From Phoronis australis (lineage: Eukaryota; Animalia; Phoronida), in the NCBI GenBank assembly GCA_002633005.1, contig NMRA01000380.1:208645-272644 (forward strand): a stretch of DNA of 64,000 nt. The letters are read 5' to 3'. This document shows positions 1 through 10,283 of this stretch, piece after piece (the stretch's first letter is position 1; each line of letters opens with the position of its first letter). The translations under genes and the position numbers were made by a program. The notes beneath the pieces were generated by a model, which saw nothing but the letters and a program-made list of their open reading frames with translations, did not search any database and had not been told where the DNA came from.

Positions 1-1
1 C

Positions 2-3
<2 letters not shown>

Positions 4-46
<43 letters not shown>
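4..46. repeat. (CT)n microsatellite
   Basis: Uninterrupted CT dinucleotide run. Confidence 0.95.
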
Positions 47-48
<2 letters not shown>

Positions 49-2871
49 ATCTAGAGGTGTATTCTCAAAACATAATCCTTTTTCAAGACTAGACTGGAAT
101 CTGTTTGAGCCAAAAAGCGTTTAAATACAATGAGGAAAATATGAAAATATCTGTACAAAACTGCTTTGCTCCCTGTATATAGTGGTAAGTTGTTTAGATC
201 AAAATGTATTCTTTTTCACACAAAATGGATTCATAACAGCTTTAAGGAATTCAATTCGAAGAGAATCTGGAAGCCAGAGGACACCATTTGAGAAGCACAT
301 TCTGAAATCAACAATTGTGTTTACACTCTCCAAGATGTTCAACCTATATTGTTAAGGATAGGGATGGGGATAGGGTTCATTTCACCCTCCTTGGGCTTTC
401 AGAGTACCCTCACAAAACCCTTCCAAGGGGGTACTCCCACAGGTTTATGCAGGACATGGCACTTAGCAGGGTGATTTTTTTCAAACAATTTCTCTTCAAA
501 ATGGTGCTTGAAAAATCCCTACCAACGCAAAATGTTTCCCATGAATACAACATGTTTCACTCTGAGAATTAAAAACACTGCAAATGGTAGCTTTTTCCTG
601 CTGCAGAAGGGGTTTCAATGTGATATCTCTATTTTTAAAACTGTGGTAACAGGAATCTCTGACCCGTTGTTCAAGAATTACTAGAAAAAATAAAGTTGGT
701 AGCATTAATCCTTATAAAAAGATTATACGTTTGGAACATTAGGCTACATTCTCATTGAACTCCAAACCTTGGACCACAAGCCTTTGTTAGTTTCAGTCCC
801 AACTAATGGTTTTTAGACAATATTTAGCTGGGTGGAGATTTTTCTAGAACTAGATTATGCATAAAACTAAAGCTTAGGACCCATTTGGGACACCTCTCGG
901 GTATTTTACCCTCGTAACATCTAGAGCACCTCGCCTATTTTCCTATTTACAAATTTTCTTCGAAACACTTCGGGTATTTTCGTACCCTCAAAAATTCTCT
1001 CGGAGATAAACGTTATTCAAAATAAGTCACGTGATTTTCAGTCTTGAGAATAGTAGACTAACTGAAGTCCGCACACGCGCAGATAGCGTTCACCTATTAG
1101 GTGACATTTGAGGTTAAGAAAACACCTGAGGTGTTCTGGATGCCTTTGGAGGTAAATGTTTTCATCCCATGCTCGAACTTTGGTGTAACAAACGTTTTCA
1201 ATAGCTCACTCGCGAGTTTCTAGTTAGACAATGTGACGTCACCGGAAGCAGGGCAAAACCCGCCATATTGCTCTTGTTTTGCCCCGACTCAGCTACACAG
1301 GCTAAATCTTACTGGAGTTTTTATGGTGAATGTTACGCTTAAAACGTTAACACAACTTAAGAGATCGTAGATGGATCGTGGAATAACTGTGAATGAACTA
1401 AGGAAATGTGAACTTGTTATGTTGTACGAAGCTGTGAACGGACTGACATTTGAACTCAACCCGGCCCGGTTAAAAACTTGAAGTAAACAACAGTATACAC
1501 TCTGCTACAGTGCTGGACAAATGACTAAACGACAAGCTTTTGCCCCACTTTCCGTGACGTCACAGTTAAGTCTCACATAATCTGGCATTATTGTTATAAA
1601 CTCGCAAAAAAGTGTTCAAACTACGAAACTGAAAAATTGCAAGTGAAAAGAGTGAAGCCACTGTTAATTCAGGTTTATTTTCATAATAAGGAATCGACAA
1701 TTAATTTCAGCTTCTTTTTGTTGATAATATCACAATATAAACAGCTAGCTCACCAGAGAGTTCCGACCTCGGTTTACCGGAGGTAAGCATGCGCACGCCA
1801 ACTTCCTGGTTAAAAATTGCCAGCTGACAGCCAATAAAAACCGTCGTTGTAGTGCGTTGTACCTGGGCCTTCACAAGCTATCCGTGACGTCAGCGTGTGA
1901 GGCCCGGGAACCAGGTTAATGGTGGGAGCTAGTATGGCTTGCTCGCTGGTTCCCTGAGTGCTGCTAGGTGGTCGGTAGCCAGCACGCAGGGGTCACTTAA
2001 TTTTCATCGGGAAACTTTTTTACACCAGCGTTTCTGATTGTCATGTCAAATTTTCAACAGGCAGCGCTTTACGCAAACGAAGTGGCATGACTGATGGAGC
2101 AAGTGTAAATGTGGTCTGTTGTACAGAAAAATCGGTGCTTAAAATTTATGTTCAGGAAATATGAATCCCAGAAATTGTGGTTGAGCATTTTTGGAGTGCA
2201 TCTTTCTACTGTCGATGACTTTTGTTTACATACTGTCCCGTATTCACACAGTATGAATAACACCGCACCGGTTAAGTCGGCCAGATATGTGTTAGTTATT
2301 GTAGATGTACATATGCATGTGCTTCAAGCACGCGGCTATTAAACATTACTGCAAAAACGAAGCAGATGCTGCAACGCCACTTGCATGACATTTGAGGCTA
2401 AAAATCGTTCATAGTCCGCCATATTTTCACGTTGTTGTAAAGCTAGCCAATGAGGTTACACCAACCAATGCTAAAGCGCGTGCTACTGCGTGATACTTGC
2501 GTGCTGGCTGGGCACGTAGGGAACCAAAAAGCTATGGAATGAGACGTCTCTCGTTCGGTAACGCTAAAAAGCAAGACTTCGCTATAACGTAGAATTGTCT
2601 TGAGGACTTGACAGGGACCTCAGGGGTCTCACACTCCACTGATTTCTCCACATTATTTTGAAAACGCTTTGCCCAGTCACATATTGTGTGTCATAAAAGA
2701 GAAATGCATAACTGCAGCTGACGCAGCAAGTAGAACTACTCTCGTTAATCACATTGGTGTAGACTCACAGTTGAACTGTCGTTTTCTGTTGACCCCAGAC
2801 CGTCCGGAGTTGCATCATATGCCAACTCCGGACGTCGCACAATTTCAATTTTAATGCAGTACATTTTATCT

Positions 2872-3155
2872 GTCATTTTCTCTCACTTGTAAATCATCAA
2901 TATCCAGTTTGAATGCGAGTAACATGTATTCGTAATCCTTTGACATGGACATAACCACTAGTAACCTACTTTAGCAGACGATATATTCACAGTGGAAGCT
3001 TAACATTAAATGTGTAATAAGTTAGACTAGTTGTTTAAAATTCTTGTAAGGATTCAGTTGATTTCTATTTTGTTTCAGTTTTATTAAGTTATAAGTAAAA
3101 ACATCATTTTAACAAGAATAACTAGGCGTTTCTTAAAAGGTCACGACCTCCGACC
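2872..3155 (+). repeat. Interspersed repeat, copy 1 (~290 bp)
   Basis: tcattttctctcacttgtaaatcat...ttaaaaggtcacgacctc aligns by eye with 9087-9382 in direct orientation. Confidence 0.8.
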
Positions 3156-3986
3156 TAGGCATTTTGTGCATGCCAGAAACAACGCAATAGTAAACAATGC
3201 AAATGCAAGAAATCTGGATTTCGATGCATATCATTATGCACATGCCAGCAGCACATTCATGATCAGATTCCTTGTATGCAAACAGTTTGATTTGCCTGGC
3301 TTCACAGCATGCTAAACAGTACCAAAAAGTGAAAAGCTAAAACTGTGTTTAGTCAAAATAGTGGCACCTTGCTTAACGAGTATTGCAGACTAACGACTAT
3401 ATTTTCCACATTCTGTAAGTATACATCTATAACCCAATAAATATGAAATAAATTGTTTTAAAAATGTCTTTAGCATGTTTGTTGACCATGAAAATATAAG
3501 TATAAACAGCTCATTTTTCAAGTTAGCCTGCAGAAGCACAAACTTATAACGAAAATTCCACTGTATGGTAATGGCAGCACGTAATTTGCATAATTAATTT
3601 TTCAAGATGAATTTAGTTTTCATTAATAATACTTTGCTCAAGAAGTATTTATAAGAAGTGTACAGGTGAGACATTTCCCCCATTTTAAATGGTATATTGT
3701 GATTTCTATTACAAAAATACACCCGAACAATTTGACCGCCATTTTGTTTATGCTAATTAGATGGTCAAAAATGTAAAATTCGGCATGGGAACAGGGTTAG
3801 TTGAATTTGCCATACCTTGATTGTGTGAAAAAGTCTTGTTCCCAAGTTTACTAAAAATGCTTCGAGAACCTTATATGGGCGATCGTGTAAATTAACGGAT
3901 TTTACCGACAAATCGGCATGTTTCAATGCGTCCCAAAATTGAGCATATTTGGATCTCTAAAGAGAAATGAGATTTTAACAATCCTG

Positions 3987-4240
3987 GGGCCTGTTCCAAG
4001 AAACTAACTCAAGTTCATTTTTTACTTAAGTTTAATTTTAAGATTTGTCTTAATTTCCAAACTATGAAACTTCCACATTCGGTAAGTTAGTCAAAATTAA
4101 GACAAAACTTATGTCAAACACTGAAGTCAAACTTAAGATCTCTTTCTTGAATTGGTTTTGAGACACATTTAACTTTTATTTTAAAATTTATAAATATCTA
4201 CGATTTGTCTTAGCTAAGTCAGTTTTGTTGGAACGAGCCC
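3987..4240. mobile_element. MITE, PIF/Harbinger-like
   Basis: Imperfect TIRs GGGCCTGTTCCAAGAAACT / AGTTTTGTTGGAACGAGCCC, flanked on both sides by CTG (CWG-type TSD). A diverged inverted copy lies at ~28188-28419. Confidence 0.7.
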
Positions 4241-4473
4241 CTGAATATGATGGTAATCGGATATAACTGCAATCTTTTGACAATCTAGTGGCGATCTTTT
4301 GTAAAATATTGGTGGAAAATCCGTTGCTTCCCCGTCCATTTATACGAGAACCGCTCGTGAATAGGTAAACAAGGCTTGAACAACATCAGGAAATTGCTCT
4401 GTATGTAGTTAAAATAAAATCTATGACCGTGCTTTTGGTGATTTTTTGTCTAAAATAATAGGAAATGTTTTAA

Positions 4474-4971
4474 AGAGGCATGGAACGCGAAAGCTCGTTA
4501 AAAATATCACTTAAGCAATTCCTGACGAAAGTACCGTCTTTCAACGTTTAGTACAAAGTAATTCAATTTCCCTTCTGAGGTAATTTCCGGAAAAAAATCA
4601 CAAAATTCACGATTTTTTAAATAGGTTGGAATGAAAAATTCTTCGGTTACCACTGAATATGTACATACAATTTTCCTTCCACTTATGATGAATGCGTGCA
4701 TAAGCTCACAGTCAGTTTCTTGAAGTCCTTTGAGGTCAAAGGTTACATTTTCCATGTAAGGTAAATGTATTACATCTATGTCTTGCCATACCAAATAATG
4801 AGACGCGTTTTTGATCGTGTTTTGAAATTTGAAACTAAAAGAAAAATTAGATATGAACAGATATTAAAAATCTTTACGAACCAATCCTAAAAATACCTGG
4901 TGAGGAGGTTGAATTCAGAGAAGCACTTTCAATATTCGAAATTTAGCTGTTTATCGTGTTCCAGTGCCCTC
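4474..4971. mobile_element. Non-autonomous TIR element, Kolobok-like (TTAA at left flank)
   Basis: Left end ttaa-agaggcatggaacgcgaaa, right end ttatcgtgttccagtgccctc. Its right half matches 21494-21783 in inverted orientation. Confidence 0.55.
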
Positions 4972-5719
4972 CAGCACTAAACGGGAGGACTGGTGTTAAA
5001 TTCAGTGTAAAGTAATGGTGGTCGCTGATGATCAGGGTTCGTCATCACCGCCCGTGATCATTCTTACATCGGTCATTTCTCGTTTCCCGTTGTAAAGTAA
5101 TAAATCCAATGGCTGCAAAGATGTTTCCAAATAGCCAGTCAGCTAAATGGTTGGAGCTGTAACGGTGAACTAGGAATCGCTATCGAAAGCGACCTGACCA
5201 CTAAGATTCTAATTTGTGGTCAACTCAACACGAAACTTCTGATCACTGAAGAACATACGGTTCGAAACTTTTTAAACTCAGCCTATTTGTCTAACACTCA
5301 CCCTGTCCAGAGTTACGGACGATTAAAAAAGAAACACAATTAAATAACTTACTTTTAAAGTAAACCACAGAAAAAATAATTTGTCGCGTACTAACAGAGC
5401 TTTGTGACGATAGGACTTTATTGAAGAATCAGCCCTCTCAAAGTTACACACAAATTAACTGCAGAATGACGGAAAATAGCCTCATTATTTCACACAACAT
5501 TGGATGACAATGTCAGACAGGCAAATTCAAGATCTACAGTATATACACAAATGCGTTCCAGTCTCTCAATAACTTTTTTCCGAGCAACATTTAGCGAGCT
5601 GTCGAGGTATGGCATGTGACGTATTTTGATTTAGAAATAGATCGCAAACTAGTTCTTCCCGGAGTCGTATAATTGAGAAGAAAACCTGTTAGTGTCAAGT
5701 CTCAAACGATATTTGACAC

Positions 5720-6045
5720 GACACTAAGAGGTGCACTGAAAACTGGCAAAGAGAGATTAGTGCAATAAGAAAATAATTAATTTTAGTCTTGAGTTCATAT
5801 TGCATGTTGAGACAGCTCAACTCAATTGAGTTTTCCCCCCGGACAGTTTAATCCCGTCGGACCCGCCCACACTACGTCACGAGTGTAAAAATTCATTGAG
5901 AGACTGGGTGGGGATTGCGATCTATACAACACTTAGTTGAGACTCAGGGCTTTCGGGACCGGTCTCGCACACTCATTCCTGCGTTTCAATAACTGAATAC
6001 AGGCGTGTCTTCATTAGGACATCTTATTCTGGACCATACACACAT
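5720..6045 (+). repeat. 326-bp direct repeat, copy 1 (left flank of LINE fragment)
   Basis: gacactaagaggtgcactg...ggaccatacacacat matches 6948-7273 at a constant offset of 1228, with about 6 substitutions by eye. Confidence 0.95.
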
Positions 6046-6947
6046 TTTTTTTTCACTGTGATATATATTTATTGAAGGATACACAGAACATACAAAGAAA
6101 TAATAACAAACCCAGAAACCGCGAAGCATTATATCTGGGTTGTAAACAATTCATAAATGAAACGTATATACATAGAGGTATATACAATTAAGTAGTATCT
6201 AAAATAAATATTCCAATACTTAGACATGCTATTACAGATATATAAAAACAAAAATATTTACAGATTCATGTAGGGAAATCAGATGCAACAATATTGATAA
6301 ACGGTACATAAAAATTTGCTAACGTTGCTTAGGAGGAATTCGTTGAGAACAAAGTCAAGGTTAGGACTACCATTCAGTAATAATGTAACTCTAGTAGGGA
6401 TATTATTACAAGAATTGAGAGCGTTAACAATTGATTGTTTATCATTGAGTGCACGAAAGAGTGAGTCTCTCAGGGATTCGATGAGGGGACATTTGAAGAA
6501 AATATGAGGATAAGATTGATGGTCACCACATTTACAGTTTGGAGAGACATTACTAAAGTTGTGCCTGAACTTGTCAGAGTTGAGGAAAAGGCCACATCTT
6601 GATCTGTACAATGCTATTTCGTTATCGCGGGTAAGGGAGAATTGAGTCAAGGGTGTTGAGTTATCAAAATTATGAAAAACAGTTCTAAAATTATTTTTTA
6701 TACTCGTAAAAGAGTTGCTTTCCTTAACAGAGACTGGAAGAGAATTCCAGTTGTTGATGCACATCATGACTGTAGACCTTCTGAATGCCTGACTGAACGA
6801 CGGAGGAATTGCATATGGGGTGGAGGATCTCAAAACACTACGATGGCCTTGTCTAGTATATAGATCAAATATTTTTTGACAGACACGTTGTTGACATTGT
6901 TTATTACCTTGAAAGTAAATGTGGTCATGTGAAGATTGCGTCGAGTA
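6045..6947 (-). mobile_element. 5'-truncated CR1/L2-like LINE (ORF2 C-terminus, 3' UTR, A tail)
   Basis: ORF 6279-6833 contains WNSLP...S..S.KN and C-x-CG...HIFF-CP. It is homologous to the LINE at 13830-15440 (STRRNLHM vs ATRRKLHL). AATAAA at 6068-6073 and an A9 tail at 6045-6053, both on the minus strand. Confidence 0.85.
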
Positions 6948-7273
6948 GACACTAAGAGGTGCACTGAAAACTGGTAAAGAGAGATTAGTGCAATATGAAA
7001 ATAATTAATTTAAGCCTTGAGTTCATATTGCATGTTGAGACAGCTCAACTCAATTGAGTTTTCCCCCCGGACAGTTTAATCCCGTCGGACCCGCCCACAC
7101 TACGTCACGAGTGTAAAAATTCATTGAGAGACTGGGTGGGGATTGCGATCTATACAACTCTTAGTTGAGACTCAGGGCTTTCGGGACCGGTCTCGCACAC
7201 TCATTCCTGCGTTTCAATAACTGAATACAGACGTGTCTTCATTAGGACATCTTATTCTGGACCATACACACAT
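6948..7273 (+). repeat. 326-bp direct repeat, copy 2 (right flank of LINE fragment)
   Basis: Near-identical to 5720-6045. Confidence 0.95.
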
Positions 7274-7425
7274 GAACGCCCCAAACCTGGCGAGATCCCG
7301 TTACTGTTTTCAAGCCTCGTTTTGGTATTTGAATGTCAACAATGCATAAATTTTAAGAATGGTCTACTGATATGAATAATTATTCAACATCGTGGACGAA
7401 ACTGTGGACCTTTTTGCAAGATCGC

Positions 7426-8439
7426 TTAAGCATTTCCTTCCGGAGTCGCCGATGTGTGTGGGAATGCCAAAGCGTACAATGCACGAAGATTGGACTTGAA
7501 ACTATCGTTTACAAAGGCGTACAGTATAGGATTGATAAACGAATTAGCATACAAAAGCAGGACACTTAATGCTATTAAGGTTTCCCTTACAACTCTATCC
7601 GAATACTTCGTTACGTCCAACAAAACATCCAACATGTAAAACGGTAACATGCAAATTATGAAAAAGAACAGAATCAGCGCCATCCCACGAGTAATTTTGT
7701 ACTCCCGTTTGTATTGCATGACGCTATTTTGTGGCGCCACCTGAAGTCGTTGTTTTCGCAACTTCAAGAAGATAACGCCATATTGAATAATAGCAATTGC
7801 GATAGGTATGAGCGACATGGACCAGAATAATGACGTTTCCCAACCTTTGTCGTATTGCCGGCCCGTTGTGCATCGGATCTTACCATTGTAAGTCACGAAC
7901 TCGGCTTTTAGCGTGCATCCAAAAATCGGAATGCTAAATGCTGCCCAGAATCCCGCAACCATCATGACTGCCTTCCTTCGGGTAAGAAACTTTTTGTGAC
8001 TGTGGGGCCATAGAACTGCAAGCAGCCTTTCCGTAGATATAGCAACCAGAGTCGCCACAGACCAAACGAGGGGTTGCAGGATGAAATGCAACAATGTCAG
8101 ACAAATCGTTTTGTCCTTAAAATACCAAGGAATAACAATGTCTGGATCGTACAAGTTCGAAACCACATTCTTGAAAACTTCGGCTGGAACAGTGAAAACT
8201 CCGCAGCACAGATCGGTTATGGCTAAAGCCATGACAAAGATGTTGTGAGCTGGCTTTCTGATGTCTTCAAAGCGACAATAGAGAAATATTACCACGGCGT
8301 TACTAGACAGGATGAGGAACACCACGACCAACTTCACGGTCATGATCGCAGTTGCGGACGCAACGTCTAAATGCTGGATTGTTTTCATTAGAGCGACTGT
8401 AGTCGTACCTTCTGTCTCATTCATCGTGCTGTTTTCCAT
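7426..8439 (-). CDS. Intronless class A (rhodopsin-like) 7TM GPCR, ~337 aa, orphan
   Basis: Seven hydrophobic segments with SN (TM1), LAITD (TM2), STERL (DRY variant), TM4 W, CMLPFY (CWxP variant) and NPILY (TM7). N-terminal N-glycosylation sequons NST and NET. The ATG at 8439 is in strong Kozak context (ACCATGG), although the ORF is open to 8622. Confidence 0.9.
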   Translation of the reverse strand: MENSTMNETEGTTTVALMKTIQHLDVASATAIMTVKLVVVFLILSSNAVVIFLYCRFEDIRKPAHNIFVMALAITDLCCGVFTVPAEVFKNVVSNLYDPDIVIPWYFKDKTICLTLLHFILQPLVWSVATLVAISTERLLAVLWPHSHKKFLTRRKAVMMVAGFWAAFSIPIFGCTLKAEFVTYNGKIRCTTGRQYDKGWETSLFWSMSLIPIAIAIIQYGVIFLKLRKQRLQVAPQNSVMQYKREYKITRGMALILFFFIICMLPFYMLDVLLDVTKYSDRVVRETLIALSVLLLYANSFINPILYAFVNDSFKSNLRALYALAFPHTSATPEGNA

Positions 8440-8871
8440 GGTTGGTTCTGGAACAGATGTACACGTATGACGCAGCACTAAGTACTCTTGAGGGGTGTAA
8501 CTAGCAATTTTACTCAGGGAGTTGCCAAATTTAATTCGCCCAAACTTTCTATGTTTACCTAAAAATAGTTTCAAAGCCAATTTTTGTAAGTGCAAGCATA
8601 AGAAAAATCGACCAGTATTCATGATAGTAATTTGATCACTCCAACGGTTATTATTTTGCTCGCAAAAACTTTCTCAAAGACAGTCGGACCTCGAAAGTGT
8701 CTCTAGCATCACAACACGTGTTCATAAGCACTAAAATCAATGCTTTGAAATACCCCCTGCCAATTTAACTACACGATATTAACTATTATACCACAATATC
8801 AGCCTCGAATGGCCAATACAACCGTGTAATAAGATAAGTTATAAAACGGCGTTAGATAACATTTCGGCGGG

Positions 8872-8945
8872 TAACCGAGGCCGGTTTCGAACCCACTCCG
8901 CAAGAGTTTGAGTCGTCGACTTTACCCCTGCCCTACTCAGCAGCT
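8872..8945 (-). mobile_element. tRNA-derived SINE head / tRNA-like relic
   Basis: Minus strand has an A-box-like TAGGGCAGGGG and a B-box GGTTCGAAACC at tRNA-like spacing. No convincing cloverleaf. Confidence 0.5.
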
Positions 8946-9086
8946 GTCGTCATCGAACGTGAAAATAGAATACTTATAAGTGAGCACGCGCAATAACCGT
9001 ATGTTGAACAAAGGGTATTGTACCGACATGAAAAGTAAGACGCATAATTTCCATAAAACCATATTTTAATTCAGTTAAATTGATCT

Positions 9087-9382
9087 CTCATTTTCTCTCA
9101 CTTGTAAATCATTGATCTCCAATTTGAATGAGGGTATCGTGTAGGCGTTATCCTTTGACTTGGGCATTATACTCAGTAAGCAGTGGTAACCTACTTTAGC
9201 AGACGATATTTTCAAGGTCGAAGATTAGCGTAATAAATGTGTAGTAAGCTAGACTAGTTGCTAAAACTTAATTTATAGCTTCACTTCATTTCTATTTTGT
9301 TTAATGTTCAATTGGTTTTGAGTAAAAACATTATTTTGACATACATAACTCGGCTTTTCTTAAAAGGTCACGACCTCTGACC
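9087..9382 (+). repeat. Interspersed repeat, copy 2
   Basis: Aligns with 2872-3155. Confidence 0.8.
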
Positions 9383-9485
9383 CCTGACATAGATAGCAGT
9401 AACAAAGCCAAGGCGATTCGAGAAAGGTACATCAATTCTTTGCAATGTTTCTCGTTCAGTATGTCGTAGATAATTTCATGTTCTC

Positions 9486-9610
9486 AGTCGTTATCCCCCT
9501 TATCTAGAGCCCTCGTGGATTTTGTAGAATTATTACCCTCGGGGCTAACGTCACTCGGGCGATAATTCTCCAAAATCCGCTCGGGCTCTAGATTACGGGG
9601 GATAACGACT
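9486..9610. mobile_element. Palindromic (fold-back) MITE-like repeat
   Basis: agtcgttatcccc...tctagagccc / gggctctaga...ggggataacgact forms a ~125-bp imperfect hairpin. One arm recurs at ~35815-35888. Confidence 0.75.
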
Positions 9611-10030
9611 TCGCCGTGTAATAATTTATATATATTATACAAAGTTAAATCTTTATTTTACAAACGAAGAGACTCCTGAAGTCATTGAGCATTTTTCCCC
9701 AGGCGTTATTCCTATCTTGTGCTTTTTTCGCCCAAAAACATCTATTATGGTTTCAAAAATTATGCCTTGGTACATGAATCAGGTTTGCGAGTTGCTTGCT
9801 GAGCGTTGACCAATAATTAAATCAATATAATATAAGCTGCGTTTTATTGACATTTTTTTAACAAACAAATGCGAAAAAACAACTGAAAAGTACTTGAAGA
9901 TGACTTAACTCAAAGTTTGAGGATAGTCACATCGCTTCAAAAAAATTGCAAAATTGTCCGGAGTTCCTATTTTAAAGGTAGGGTTTCGTGTTTCGAAGGT
10001 GCAGGGGTCCATTTTGCACGGGGATTCACT

Positions 10031-10283
10031 TTGGATGGAGCACCCTGTAATTACTAGCTCGTTCTTACGGCTTAATTTGGATGGAACAGCCTGTAATTAG
10101 TAGCTCGCTCTTACGGCTTAATTTGGATGGAACAGCCTGTAATTAGTAGCTCGTTCTTACGGCTTAATTTGGATGGAACAGCCTGTAATTAGTAGCTCGT
10201 TCTTACGGCTTAATTTGGATGGAGCAGCCTGTAATTAGTAGCTCGTTCTTACGGCTTAATTTGGATGGAACAGCCTGTAATTA
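10031..10283. repeat. 46-bp minisatellite, 5.5 copies
   Basis: Unit ttggatggaacagcctgtaattagtagctcgttcttacggcttaat starts at 10031, 10077, 10123, 10169, 10215 and 10261. Confidence 0.95.

Noticed and set aside
5720-7273. LTR retrotransposon/TRIM (two direct repeats around an ORF)
   Set aside because: No TG...CA ends, PBS/PPT or outer TSD seen; the interior is a LINE 3' end with an A tail.
8440-8622. 61-aa N-terminal extension of the GPCR
   Set aside because: The downstream ATG (8439) has strong Kozak context and gives a typical glycosylated N-terminus; the extension looks like open 5' UTR or intron sequence.
8872-8945. Functional tRNA gene
   Set aside because: Acceptor and anticodon stems do not pair convincingly; treated as a SINE head.
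10031-10283. CRISPR array
   Set aside because: Units are contiguous, near-identical 46-mers with no unique spacers; no cas genes; eukaryotic context.
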